This document shows, one piece after another, positions 1 to 14,959 of a stretch of DNA of 64,000 bases. The position numbers and the translations under genes were made by a program. Each line of letters starts with the position of its first letter. The stretch's first letter is position 1. Source of the DNA: Octopus vulgaris (Eukaryota); NCBI GenBank assembly GCA_951406725.2, contig OX597835.1, positions 39,804,001 through 39,868,000 on the forward strand, given 5' to 3'. Under the pieces are notes generated by a model, which ran no database searches, was not told the DNA's origin, and saw nothing but the letters and a program-made list of their open reading frames with translations.

Positions 1-180
1 CTGTGTTTCAAAGGGCCAGCTTTGTCACACTGAATTCCACCCATCCCCCCTCGAGAACTACGCTAAAGGTACATGTGTCTGTGGAGTGCTCAGCCACTTG
101 CACGTTAATTTTACGAGCAGGCTGTTCCGTTGATCGGATCAACTGGAAGCCTTGTCGTCGTAAGCGACGGAGTGCCACGA
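1..180 (+). mobile_element. Probable 3' tail of a SINE/LINE, running off the window start
   Basis: GC-balanced block ending abruptly at (TA)n; resembles an octopus retroelement tail from memory; single copy here, so not verifiable internally. Confidence 0.45.
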
Positions 181-850
181 TATATATACACATATATATA
201 TTGACAAATAAACAAACATTAAGATATCAGTATGTCTGTGTGTGTGCCTTTTTGACTGTGTGTGGAAGAACGTACATATTCCTGTAATAACGATGTAAAA
301 ACGGCAAATTTTACAGTAATCTTAAAAATGTTTTGAATAAATGGCTAAAAGAACAGACGGATTAAAGAACAAGTGAATTAAGACTTATTCAAAAGAAGCT
401 TTTATATTTCCGGAGCATGATGCGAGTAGAATGGGGGGACATTGAAGAATTTTTATTTCGTCTCTTAAGTGTTGTTTGTTTTATTTTCATATTCCGAGTG
501 GGTTAGTTGAATTACAAGCATATCTGTGTATCTCTGGCTCCAAGAGTATGTTTGGGTACATCAGGGTACATATGACCAAATTAAGGGCACTTCTTGTTTC
601 AAGTGGTTTGTTTTAGATCAAAATAATTTATTTATTTAAATCTGCTGCTTATATAAACGGTAGATTAAGCGTCTAAATAGCTAACTGGTGTATACTTCTA
701 GCATAATGGATGTCCACTTAGTGGTCATACCTCTTATATATAAGTAATATAATATAATTTTTCTGAATCTTCAGATTTTTCAATATGCTAGGTCACTGGC
801 TTTATATTAATATTCAATTTTTCACCCTTATTGTTTGTACGTATAAATTC

Positions 851-932
<82 letters not shown>

Positions 933-1077
933 GGTTGATAGACGGATGGGTGATAGACGGATGGTTGATTAGTGGATACAAGCATACATATGTTTATATA
1001 CATGTGTATATATACACACGCATGCATATACATATACATACATATATATACATATGCATGCATACATGTATATATGA

Positions 1078-1109
<32 letters not shown>

Positions 1110-1173
1110 GTATGTATGTATATACGTATATATACATGTATATACATGTATTTACATATATGTATATATACAC

Positions 1174-1214
<41 letters not shown>

Positions 1215-1505
1215 TATATGTATATATGTATATACATACATGTATATATATACACACTCACGCACATCTTACACGACAGGAGTTCCACTAAATTACTGCG
1301 AACCAATAACAGTAAAAAACAAGAAGAATTGTCATCCGCGTGAGGCAATGGGTTCCGGCCAGAAGTGTGTCCTGGGGAGGAGAACTTTATATATATTACG
1401 GTCATATGATTCTCATTCAATAATTTACAGTTGATATTGTTCCCGCCATTTCTTCATACTTGCATGTAAAGAATAGAACCAGTAACAGAACAATTTATGA
1501 ATATG

Positions 1506-1707
1506 TATTTCTTTATTGCCCACAAGGGTCTATACATAGAGGGGACAAACAGGGTACAGACAAACGGATTAAGTCGATTACAGCGACCCCAATGCGAAAC
1601 TGGTACTTTATTTATCGACCCCGAAAGGATGAAAGGCAAAGTCGACCTCGGCGTAATTTGAACTCAGAACGTAACGGCAGACAAAATACGGCTACGCATT
1701 TCGCCCG
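1506..1707 (-). mobile_element. SINE family B copy (long-tail form)
   Basis: Reverse-complement match to units of the 51515-52860 array. Confidence 0.85.
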
Positions 1708-1734
1708 CTTACAATTTATGAATATGGCAATATA

Positions 1735-1765
<31 letters not shown>

Positions 1766-2402
1766 GTGTGTGTGTGTGTGTCAGTGTGTGTAAAAGCTCC
1801 GAGGAAGCTCTAAAGTGATGCAGAAGCACTCATCTCTGAGTGCACTACATTATAGAGTAGAAACAGCAGTAAGCCAATGAAGTTAATTATATAATTTCCT
1901 GTCCCTTTGTGAGCTAATTACGTGTGTGAGTGTGTATGTGTGCATGTATATACATATGTGTGTATAAATATACACCCCACACACACATACACTTACATTT
2001 ATATGTATGAGACTGAGAGGATAAGAACCTCTCTTCAGAATATTGCAAGCCTTAGTACTTATTCGACTAAAAATTCTTCAAGGCGGTGCCCCAGCATGGC
2101 CACAGTCCAATATCTGAAACAAATGTTTGTATGTGTGTATGTATGTATGTATGTATGTATGTATGTATGTATGTATGTATGTATGTATGTATGTATGTTT
2201 GTATGCGTGTATGTATGTATGTATGTGTGTGTATGTACAGACATACAGAAGTTTCGGCTCCTGAACGTGACCGGTACTCTATCGACCTCCGAAGTTGATC
2301 TCTACAGGATTTGAACTCAGAACCACAGCCGGAACGCTTAACAACTGCTGCATAGCGTTTTTCAGACCTTCTATCGATTATAAATGATTGAGTGGATGTG
2401 TG

Positions 2403-2443
<41 letters not shown>

Positions 2444-2620
2444 GAGAGAGAGAGAGAGAGTGTGTGTGTTTGTGCGTGTGTGTGTGTGTAATATATATAT
2501 ATATATATACGGACGCACACATATATATACACATATATATTAACATGTATATATATATATACACACATATATATAAATATGTATGTATATATATGTATAC
2601 ATATATATCAATATATATCA

Positions 2621-2651
<31 letters not shown>

Positions 2652-3245
2652 AAACACACACCTATACACATGCACAGATACATACATACATACATACATA
2701 CACACACTTAAATAGGGTTAATTGTGCTATTAATGAATAGCCGTGATTAGGGATTAGTCAAGCAGAAAACAAGCCTCGTGCGTTTGTTTTTGTGTGTATC
2801 TGTATGTGCGTGTGCGTGTGCGTGTGTGTGTGCGTGTGCGTGTGCGCGCGTGTATGTGTGAACGTGGGGGCGCCTTGAAATCCAGACTTTGTGCAAATGG
2901 TTGCAATATCAGTACTACTATGGCCATAGTTTTATCGACCCAACAACAACGAAAGCATGAACCGAACCGACAGCTGGATTTGAACCCAATAGCAACGTGA
3001 AATAAGGTAACTAAATACACTAAGATAATTAACATCCACTGCTTAACTGGTTCTTCGAAGTATTGTCCCCACAAAGGGTTTTACAAGGGATGCGGGTATT
3101 TATAAACCAGATATATATAAAAGCATGAGGGTGAGGCCAGGACGAGACAGGGTGTGTAAAGGAATAGTGGAAATCTGATAGGAAAAAAAAATGCTTACAA
3201 TATATAGAGACATATGTATGTATATAATTGTATATGATAACAACT

Positions 3246-3313
<68 letters not shown>

Positions 3314-3436
3314 GCACAGATAAAGGAAGCGAAATTTGGGGGAGGCTGTTATGAAACTTAAGTGGCAATTTGTGTAATACAATTGTATAAAGATCATACG
3401 TACTACACCCACACAATTCCATTTATTTTTTGGGGG

Positions 3437-3790
3437 GTTTCAGTCATTTGACCGTGGCCGTGCTGGAGCACCGCCTTTAGTCGACGAAATCGACTCCAGG
3501 ACTTATTCTTTGCAAGCCTTAGTAACTTATTCTATCAGCCTCTATTGCCAAAATCGGTTGTTGAACGATGGTAGGGAGACAAACACAGACACACAAACAT
3601 ATACATATATATACATATATATATTGAGAACGGGCTTCTTTCAGTTTCCGTCTACCAAATCCACCCACAAGGCTTTGGTTGGCCTGAGGCTATAGTAGAA
3701 CGCACATGTCCAAGGTGCTACGTTGTGGGACTGAACCCAGAACTATGTGCTTGGGAAGCAAGCTTCTTACCACACAGCTAAACTTGCGTC
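3437..3790 (-). mobile_element. SINE family A copy
   Basis: Reverse-complement match to 26581-26990 from head to tail, with an internal deletion. Confidence 0.85.
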
Positions 3791-3800
3791 TGTATGTATG

Positions 3801-3836
<36 letters not shown>

Positions 3837-4295
3837 TACATATGTGCGGGTGTATGTGCGTATTATATACATTGTATCATGGTGCGCGTGTGTATGTTTC
3901 GTGTATGTGTGTGTGTCATTGTTGTGTGTGGTGGGGAGATTGGAGCTGCTTGGCTGGAGAATCGAAACCGCAACCAGAAGACCATGACTCCCACAGAGCT
4001 CAAATCACTCTTAATGGAATATTCAAGCAACCGCAGAATCGTGACAAGTTTATCGCTTTGAAACAGATGTGAAGCCCATCGGGTGGGGTTCAGCATAGTT
4101 TCCTTCTGTGCAATTTAACTCACAGGACCTGGCACGGGCACTTATGCCTATGGGAGTAAGAGGTTTTGTTTTTTTTTTTCAATTCTGCCGATTGAATGGG
4201 ATGTGAATAAACTCGGGAGCTCTTGACTGCGAAGCGCCAACTTCTTGATCGTTTGGGACCAAGAGAACTTCACAAAAAGACACACTTACAAACAC

Positions 4296-4349
<54 letters not shown>

Positions 4350-4948
4350 GCGCACAACACACGCGCACCAGCATACACACGCGCACACGCGCGTCTATCG
4401 CAGTAGGTGAGCAATGCTCTACAAATGCTCTGCGTGACCTCAAAAATCTCGTTGTTCGATGAACAGCCAATTCGGTACAATTCCAAGTCAATCAATAGAA
4501 ACATTATCACCAAAACAGCAACAACTACAACAACAGCAACAATCACAACATACGTGTGTGTGCATGTGTATATGTGTATATGTGTGTGTGTGTGAGTGTG
4601 AAGTTTACTGGAGCCATACCCAACCAAGCGTGACGGTGTGAATACAGTTAATACATTACACGGATCCTTTACAGAATTAAAACTTCCTTCCACTACACAC
4701 ACACACCTCACTAAATCACACTCACTCATTCACTCTTTTTCTTCTTCTTCAACTCCTTCTTCTTCTTCCCTCTTGCACGTCCTAGCTCTCTCTCCCTCCC
4801 TCTCTCTCTCTCTCTCTCTCTCTTTCATGTTAGTGTATATATACTTTATTCGGGTGTTATTTGTAGTAGTTAACGTGATTAATTTCTATTTAAATGCAGG
4901 TACAAATACAAACACATTATATACACACACTGAGGCGGACACACACAT

Positions 4949-4992
<44 letters not shown>

Positions 4993-5174
4993 ACACACTC
5001 ACAAACAGACATGCACAGACGCACGCAATGACACGCACTCACATATATAGAGAGTGGGTATATTAACAGCCGGGGCTATGTTCACGTCAGCTGGAGCAAC
5101 AATCTGATAAAGAACCCGAATGTCCAATTATAAATACAAATATCCCTATTAGACTCCAAAAGTGTTTCTGTACG

Positions 5175-5474
5175 GGCGCAAAGCACAAGGTTTCGGGTTC
5201 AAGCCCACTGCGTAGCATCTCGAACAAATGTCTTCTATTATATTCTCCGGGTTGATCAAAGCCTTGCACGTGGATTTGGTAGGTGGAAACTGAATGAAGC
5301 CCGTCGTGCGTGGCTGTGTGGTAAGAAGCTTATTTCTCAACCACACGGTTCTGGGTTCAGTCCCACCGTGTGGCACCTTGAGTAAGTGTCTTCTACTATA
5401 GCCTCGGGCCGACCAAAGCCTTGTGAGTGAATTTGGTAGACGGGAACAGAAAGGAGCCCGTTGTATGTATATAT

Positions 5475-5506
<32 letters not shown>

Positions 5507-5705
5507 TGTATGTATGTATGTATGTATGTATGTATGTATATGTTTATGCGTCAGTGTTTGTCCCCGTAACCTAGCGGTTCGGCAAAAGAGACCCATAGAG
5601 TAAGTACTAGGCTTATAAAGAATAAGTCCTGAGGTCGATTCGTTCGACTAAAGGCGGTGCTCCTGCATGGCCGCAGTCATATGACTGAAACCAGTAAAAG
5701 TATAA
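5175..5705 (+). mobile_element. Two tandem SINE family A copies (5' half, then near-full copy)
   Basis: Two heads (GGGTTCAAGCCCACTGCG; GGGTTCAGTCCCACCG) and one tail. Confidence 0.85.
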
Positions 5706-5981
5706 AAGAATATATATATATATAAAAGAAGTTTGGAAACGCCACTATATAAGATAAATTTTAATTTTCTTAGAAATTTTACATGTTTCGGTTCTTCCTG
5801 AAAAAACGAACTTTATCAAAAATATTTTAAAAAGTTAAGGGTAATAAAAAAAGTTCATAATTGTTTCTTACTGGTCTCAACAGAATCCACGTGGTGGTTT
5901 TTTGAGAGGAGTAAGCATAATAGCTGTCTTATGTGTTCGAATAGAACTAAGGTAATAGTCAGTGGCTGAAATGGCAGAAGC

Positions 5982-6042
<61 letters not shown>

Positions 6043-6482
6043 GTCCCGGAAGGGTATCAAGATAAGGTAATTCCAATGCAGCACTCGAGTTTTTGGCTAT
6101 CAACGCTGTTGGATTCAGACTAATATCGAGATTCTTCATGTGTAGAAAATCCAGGTGTCACAACGGTAAAACCGTCGTGTGGGTCAGCGAAGAGTAAAAT
6201 ATAATCCAAATAAGGAGACAAAGACTGTGCCAATGGAAGAGCACACATTTGATGCGGGTCTGAGAAAGTGCAAGTGCCACTCTAATGTTTAAAACCATAA
6301 GTAATACGTAACTTTTCAATTGTAACATTTGCGTGAACTAACGTTGAAAACAGATTTGGTACTGAAACAATTGTAATGGGTCATTAAACATTTATTAAAG
6401 TCTTTCTTTGTCTTCTTATTTGAACTACATACATAGATATACACATACGTATACACACACACACACATACACATTCACATAG

Positions 6483-6812
6483 TCGGTCGGGACCCCCTTC
6501 GGTCACGACACTGACCTTGGGATTGCACCTAGAAAGTTACCCTCCTAGTCACAAGTTTGGGCAAGGTGGTTTATGGAAGACCAGCATACCGGCCTCCTCT
6601 CTCCACGCCACCAGTGTTATCCAAGGGAAAGGCAGCAGCCGATATAGCTTGGCACCTGTGATGTTGCAAGTCATTTTTACAGCTGAGTTAACTGGAGCAA
6701 CGTGAAATAAAGTGTCTTGCTCAAGAACACAACACGCAACCCGGTCCGGGATTCGAGCTCACAACCTCACGATCTTAAGCTCGACGCTCTAATCACTGAG
6801 CCATGCGCCTTC
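6483..6812 (-). mobile_element. tRNA-derived SINE, head D plus tail 3
   Basis: Minus strand GGCGCATGGCTCAGTGATTAGAGCG...CTCGAATCCC...GTGTTCTTGAGCAAGACAC, then a tail unlike tail 2. Confidence 0.8.
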
Positions 6813-7240
6813 TCACAGTACTGAACTTAAAACCACGTGGTTGGGTAGAGAGTTTCTTAACCAACAGGCTAATAGCAAAAGTGGGGGAAGAGAAAGAACT
6901 CAGGAGTCCTCAATAACATGAATTTGGACTAGGAAGACGAATGAAGTTTATTAAAACATTTGGTTCAAGATAAATTCTCAGTTTCTTGAAATTATTTCTG
7001 TTCAGCTTAGAGCAAGGAGATAACCATTTAGTGGCAAAGCGAGTGACTCCGAATGAGAAACGGAGCATCGCTGGTGAACTGTCAAATGCACTGACAGTCC
7101 ACCATTGGTATTCAGTTATGATCCACAATACAATCAGGAACTTATTTCATTGTTAACCAGTTGGTAAGTTACGGGAAGTCAAGTGACACAATGCGTATAC
7201 ACACATGCATGTCCTTGTGTACATATGTATGTGTGTATAG

Positions 7241-7284
<44 letters not shown>

Positions 7285-7503
7285 AAATAAGCAACAAGGA
7301 TATCCAGAAACACACACACACGTATATGCAGCAATACGCACAAATTAATGTAATACTTACGATGATATATCGAGGCGCGTGAGAAAAAGTTTACCCATAA
7401 ATTTTGCAGTTTTGCACAGTATTTAAACGTGAGAGGATTAGAGTTACGAATAGAAGGTTTAGTCATATATACGTTCCGACATATATGCATATACATATAC
7501 ATG

Positions 7504-7577
<74 letters not shown>

Positions 7578-7662
7578 TGTAGATAGATAGATAGATATAC
7601 ATACATACACCACATGCATATACATATTTATTTATTTATATATGTATACGTGTGTGTGTATG

Positions 7663-7717
<55 letters not shown>

Positions 7718-7816
7718 GTAAAATTATATATATTATGCGACACAAATGTATGTGCATAAAGGAAAAATATCTGCATATATATGTATATAAATTAACATAT
7801 TATATATATCATAAAT

Positions 7817-7869
<53 letters not shown>

Positions 7870-7962
7870 TATAATTAGTATATACACATAATTGATATAT
7901 ATGTATTAATTATTGCAGGGCGTGGCAAGTTCAAAAGGTTATGTTTGTCCAATATACACTAA

Positions 7963-8497
7963 CATACATACATACATACATACATACATACATACATACA
8001 TACATACACACACACATACATACATACATACATACATACATACTCACATACATACATACGCACGTACATACATACATACATACTTACATACATACATACG
8101 TACATACATACATACATACATACATACTCACATACATACATACATACATACATGCATACGTACGTACATACATACATACATACATACATACGTACGTACA
8201 TACATACATACACATACATACATACATACATACATACATACATACATACATACATACATACATACATACATACGTACGTACATACATACATACATACATA
8301 CATACATACATACACACACACATACATACATACATACATACATACATACATACTTACATACATACATACGTACATACATACATACATACATACATACATA
8401 CATACATACATACATGCATACGTACGTACATACATACATACATACATACATACATACATACATACATACATACATACATACATACATACATACATAC
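7963..8497. repeat. (TACA)n microsatellite, about 530 bp
   Basis: Directly visible. Confidence 0.97.
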
Positions 8498-8819
8498 GGA
8501 CAGACAGACAGACAATTTGTTATATTTCTTCAAGTGCTAGCAAGAACAATAGGAGACGCGGACAGATGGACGTCAGGACATTGAATATGTGTATAGATAT
8601 ACAGATATACATATACGTATATATAGCTGTACATGTGTGAGGTGTTTGTATATATATTTAGCGTAGCCGCAGAATTATGGGAACGTAAACAAACCAACGA
8701 TGGTTGCCATGCCGTCGGTGAGCAACAACAAAACACACTCACACACACAAGCATACACACGTGAGCATGTAAATATACACACACACATAAATACACACTC
8801 ATACACACATATATACTCT

Positions 8820-9066
8820 TTTGCTCTTTTACTCTTTTATTTGTTTCAGTCATTTGACTGTGACCATGCTGGAGCACCGCCTTTTGGTCGACCAAATAGA
8901 TTTGCCACAGGACTTATTCTTTGTAAGCCTAGTACTTATTCTAACGGTCACTTTCGCCGAACCGCTAAGTTACAGGGACATAAACACACCAGCATCGGTT
9001 GTCAAGCGATGATGAGGAGGACAAACACATACACACAGACACACAGACACACGCACACACGCACAT

Positions 9067-9107
<41 letters not shown>

Positions 9108-9126
9108 TACGACGGGCTTCTTTCAG
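8820..9126 (-). mobile_element. SINE family A, 5'-truncated
   Basis: Tail, body and internal microsatellite match family A. Confidence 0.85.
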
Positions 9127-9214
9127 TTCAGTTCAGTATATTATATTATATATATATATATATATTGTGTGTGTGTGTGTATTATATACAATACACGTAT
9201 ATGCAGACTGATAC

Positions 9215-9272
<58 letters not shown>

Positions 9273-9338
9273 GTTTTCACTTGCTTCAGTCATTTGACTG
9301 CGGCCATGCTGGAGCACCGCTTTTATGTGTGTGTATAT

Positions 9339-9422
<84 letters not shown>

Positions 9423-9907
9423 GGTAACATACTTAAAACAAATTATAAATACATACACGCACACATAGCGTGTGTGCGCGTGCATGTATGTGTTTGTGTG
9501 CGTGTATCTGTGTGTGTGTGCCTGTGTGTTCGCGCACATACATATCCATATACACACACGCGCACATACATATCTATACACACACACACACACGCACACA
9601 TACGCACGCACTGACGTCATACGAAGCGACACATAACACATACCCAAGCCACAAATAAAAACAACGACAAGCCCGGTGACATTTAAAAAACAACAACAGC
9701 AGCAAACAGGTATTTTACGGAACGACCTGCTATAAAAAAATGTATATATATTTATTTTAAAGCTTTATCGCTGAATACAATTACACAACCGATTGACTCA
9801 AGGTAAAGCCTTGTTTCCTTGTGAAGTCACTCAATGTTAAAAGCCGTTGTTAGGAGACAATCGGCCGAGGAGTGAAATGCGATATGTATATATTTATGAG
9901 TGAATGT

Positions 9908-9948
<41 letters not shown>

Positions 9949-10169
9949 CTTATATATATATACATGTCTGTCTATATGTATATGGATTTATATATGTAAA
10001 TATATATATATACATATATACATATATACTTATATATATATATAAATATATATACATATATATAATAAATATACAAATATATACACACATGTATATATAT
10101 CTGGTTTTATATATATGTATATATATGTGTGTGGTGTGTGTGTGCATATACATATATATCTATAGGCTA

Positions 10170-10280
<111 letters not shown>

Positions 10281-10807
10281 CATATATTTATAGATATGTA
10301 TAGTTAGGCAGATAGTAAAGTACAATATGAGTGCACATACATACATACATACATACATACATACATACATACATACATACATACATACATACATACATAC
10401 ATACATACATAGGCGTGTAAATACACGCTTATATTGGCTCATAATTAAATCTATTCAAACATGCACACACAAATACACACACACACACACACAGAGGTTC
10501 ATAGACGTCTTGCTCAAATAAAACAAAATAATAACACCAAGATCCTCATAAAAGGACTTTCTTTTCTAGCCTTGACGTCTCCATCGACAAACAATAACCA
10601 CTCTGTTGATTTATAGTCTCTCATTCCTTAAGTTTCATTTCCCTTATCGCTTTCCCTTCTTTTCTCCGATCTTGTGACATTTTACAACCGTTCCCGCTTT
10701 TCTTTTTGTAGTTGCCGTTGTTGCTTAGCCCTGAAACGTCGGACCCCGATGGAGGAAATCCAAGTGCCAAAAGCATTCATTTCTCAAGGCAACACCCACT
10801 TTTTACA

Positions 10808-11195
10808 GTCGCAGAATCGTTTGCACGCCGGACCTTAATGCTTAGCGACATTTCGTCCGTCATCGCGTTCTCAAATTCTGCCGTGATCGACTTTGCCATT
10901 CATCCTTTCGGAGCCGATAAAATAAGATCTTGTTAAACACAAGGGGGCGTTGTAATCGACTTTACCTCTCCCCCGATGTTGCAGGCCTAGTGCCAAATTT
11001 TGAAACCATTTTTATTATTACTGCAAAGGCAGAATCGTTAGCGGTATTTCGCCTGTCTTTATGTTCTGAGTTCAAATTACGTGGTCGGCTTTGCCTTTCA
11101 TTCTTTCTGAGTCGATAAAACAAGTACCAGTTGCACACTGGGAACGATATTCTATCCCCCACAATTTCAGGCATTGTGCCTATAATGGAAAGGAT
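10808..11195 (+). mobile_element. Two tandem SINE family B copies (short-tail form) with (ATT)n tails
   Basis: GCAGAATCGTT heads at about 10811 and 11029; central domain present in both. Confidence 0.8.
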
Positions 11196-11286
11196 TATTA
11201 TTATTATTGTTGTTTTGTTATTTTTTTAAGATGACGTGCTGGCAGAATATAATATAATATAATATAATATAATATAATATAATATA

Positions 11287-11352
<66 letters not shown>

Positions 11353-11382
11353 TATAGATATAGATATATTCTGGCATATCTT

Positions 11383-11413
<31 letters not shown>

Positions 11414-11456
11414 AAACAAGTCAAGATAGAAAATGCTAAAATAATTTTATAAAGAA

Positions 11457-11500
11457 CATTTCAGTACCGGTTTCAGTCATTGAGACCTTATCAACTGTAA
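11457..11500 (-). ncRNA. Minimal type-I hammerhead ribozyme-like motif, U3-A8 core variant
   Basis: Minus strand: TTACAG-TTGATAA-GGTC(TCAAT)GACT-GAAAC-CG-GTA^CTGAAA. Stem I CAG/CTG (extendable across one mismatch), stem II GGTC/GACT, palindromic stem III ACCGGT, GUA triplet. Confidence 0.6.
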
Positions 11501-11958
11501 CAATTAAATAATTAAATTTAGAAAAATTAAAAGAAAAGTTTTTTTTAAAAGAAAATTTTATAGTGTTCAAATATAAGTGGCATTTTCCTTGTTTCTGCCT
11601 TTCTCTGTCTCTCTTGTTTACTCTTGTCATATGTATGTATGTGTGTGTGTGTGTATATATATATATGTATGCATGTATGTATGTATGTATGTATATATGT
11701 ATCTATGTATGTATGTATGTATGCATGTATGTATGTATGTATGTATGCATGCATGTATGTATGTATGTGTAGGGGGTTTGAATTGGTGTACAGCAATTGT
11801 ATATTGCGAAAAAGGACGGAGTCAGAATTTTGCACAATTCGATATTAGCGCTTTCGTTCGTTTAACCGAAATCTTCAAGAAAGAATTTTGGGACTTAGTT
11901 GCTCTCTTGAAGAGTCCAGTAAACGAAGCAATGCGGATATATATATATATATATAATC

Positions 11959-12079
11959 AACCGAAATTGCTAGGATGATCCGGTTCTTGACTGAAGATTG
12001 AAGGTTTCGAATGTCCCGTCTGTGTTTTTTATATCGTCTTCTAAATGTTTTACGTTCTTGTTCCAGTTTGTTAATTTAT

Positions 12080-12083
<4 letters not shown>
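11959..12083 (+). repeat. (TA)n-flanked short repeat family; other copies at about 27140-27272 (-) and 42925-43080 (-)
   Basis: Shared CCGAAATT...GATGA..CGGTT..T.ACTGAAGA...AAGG...GAAT followed by a T-rich tail. Confidence 0.75.
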
Positions 12084-12116
<33 letters not shown>

Positions 12117-12140
12117 TTTTTTTTATTATATATATTATTA

Positions 12141-12341
<201 letters not shown>

Positions 12342-12973
12342 GTATATATATATATATATATATTTATTTATATATATGTATATATGTATGTATATATGTA
12401 TATATATATATATATATATGTATATGTATATATATATATATGTGTGTGCGTGTGCGAGTGTATGTAAAGGAATAACAATTTGGAATCCGAGTAGGTACCT
12501 CATTAGCACTCGGATATAATCCAGACCTGGCGAACCGCACTGAATATTAAAGAACAATCAGAATTATTTAAGACAAACACGGTACTAAACCCGATACGCA
12601 AATCCTGAATTCGTTCCACTGGATTCCATCTGGCTTATAGACTAAATAATGAAGACATTACAAGGTAGGATGAAGAATTAGACACGTTCGAAATTTGCTT
12701 CTTGCAGTAATGTTCTCATTAAATACACATTAGATCTAATGGGAATTTAATAAGAATTATTTTGCCAGAAACAAAATTTGAGGATGTATAAATTATTCAT
12801 CATTCCATTCATCATTGTATACGATGTCTTGATATGCATACATACATACAGATATATATGTGCGTGAGTCTGTGTGTACACATATAGACTGATAAATAGA
12901 TACATACATTCCTATATGCATCATACGTTGCATCATACTCATATATATTATATATATATATATTACACATATG

Positions 12974-13014
<41 letters not shown>

Positions 13015-13043
13015 ATATATATATATTTATATATATATATTTG

Positions 13044-13130
<87 letters not shown>

Positions 13131-13197
13131 GAAAGACACGAGAATGTTTATTCATCACTACAACTGTTTCAACCTTCAACCTATCTCTCTCTCTCTC

Positions 13198-13258
<61 letters not shown>

Positions 13259-13768
13259 TATATACATATATATATGTGTATGTGTGTGTATATACATATA
13301 TATAAATACATATACAGTATATATGTATGTATATATATATACACACACACATGTACATACATAAACATTATATCTATATACATATATATATCCATAGATA
13401 TTTGTGTGTGTGTGTGTGTGTGTGCGTGTGTGTGTGTGTGGTGGGTGTCTGTACTCACACATGCACTCACACACATGAGCAGGCGTGTGTTTACGCATCT
13501 GTGTGTCTTGCGTGTAAGAACGAAATCAGTGCGGCAAAGGTAACTGGTGGTATTTTCTGGCGTCTAGGTTACGTCCCTTTACGACAATGTGATAACATGA
13601 CCAGGAAAGTGCACAACCGAATTATATAATTGCATCAAAGAATTGCTGCAGCATTGCCGCAGGCCAATGACTCAAATCCTTATTACTAAGCAATAATATA
13701 TCAGCTTTAAATATTTACACACCGATTCTTATTTAATGGGAGGTGTGTGAAGCAGCAGCAGCACTGAC

Positions 13769-13769
13769 T

Positions 13770-13834
<65 letters not shown>

Positions 13835-13835
13835 T

Positions 13836-13869
<34 letters not shown>

Positions 13870-14012
13870 AAGTAGTAGTAGTAGTTGTTGTTGTTGTAGT
13901 AGTTGTAGTAGTTGTAGTAGTAGTAGTAGTAGTAGTAGTAGCAGCAGCAGCAGCAGCAGTAGAAGCAGCAGTAGTGGGGGTGGTTGTGATGGTGGTCGTT
14001 GTCGCAGCAGCA
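13769..14012. repeat. (GTA)n/(GCA)n compound trinucleotide tract
   Basis: Directly visible. Confidence 0.95.
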
Positions 14013-14295
14013 GCGGGAACACTTACAAGTTCAAATTCGAGAGGTCCTTCTGTTTTTTGGTGGGGTGAGGAGCAGGTCAGGCCTGTTCGAGTGTAAAAAG
14101 GATCTCCAACCGTGACCGTCGCATCATTTCTCGATTTCCAACTACTAAGCACTATACATTACTAAAGTGCCTTTCTCAATTGAAGATGTTGGATCGGTGT
14201 AAGTACGATAATGATGGTTTGGCCGCTATTACATGCATTGTTGCAGGTTGAGCGATAATACAATAAACTTGGCGAACACATTGATTTCTAATAAT

Positions 14296-14360
<65 letters not shown>

Positions 14361-14546
14361 AGTGAGTGTGTATGTCTTCATATATAACGAAAGTACACAT
14401 GATTTGAACGGCGTATATATTACGCGTGTGTGTGTGTGTTCATATATTATATATAATAATAAATATATAAATATAAACTAACATACATGTATATTTCAAA
14501 TAAACTATAGATATATATATATATATAATACACATAATATATATAC

Positions 14547-14658
<112 letters not shown>

Positions 14659-14925
14659 TATATTATTATATATTATATTGTGTGAAATTTGATTTAGTAT
14701 TTCTAAATTGAATTTTTTTCCTTGTAAGTTTTGGATTTTATTCCCTCAAATAATAATTATTATATATATGGATATATATATATATGTGTGTGTATTTATG
14801 TGTGTGTGTGTGTGTATGTGTTCGTGTGTGTGTGTGTGTGTGTGTATGTGTGTGTGTATGTGTGTGTAATATATAGTGTGTCTACGCGCGCTGGATAGTG
14901 CCGAATAAACATATATAAGAGTATG

Positions 14926-14959
<34 letters not shown>

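Noticed and set aside
6341-6380. TTGAAAA...GAAACAATTGTA hammerhead-like near match
   Set aside because: Palindromic stem III and GUA are present, but stems I and II cannot be formed convincingly.
10995-11010. TTTGAAACCA (reads WFQ on minus) as a possible homeobox helix 3
   Set aside because: Part of the SINE B tail, repeated at about 51888; the surrounding frame is not homeodomain-like.
13729-14152. Poly-T/poly-L/poly-V ORFs
   Set aside because: A (GTA)n tract open in several frames with no conserved motif or credible splice context.
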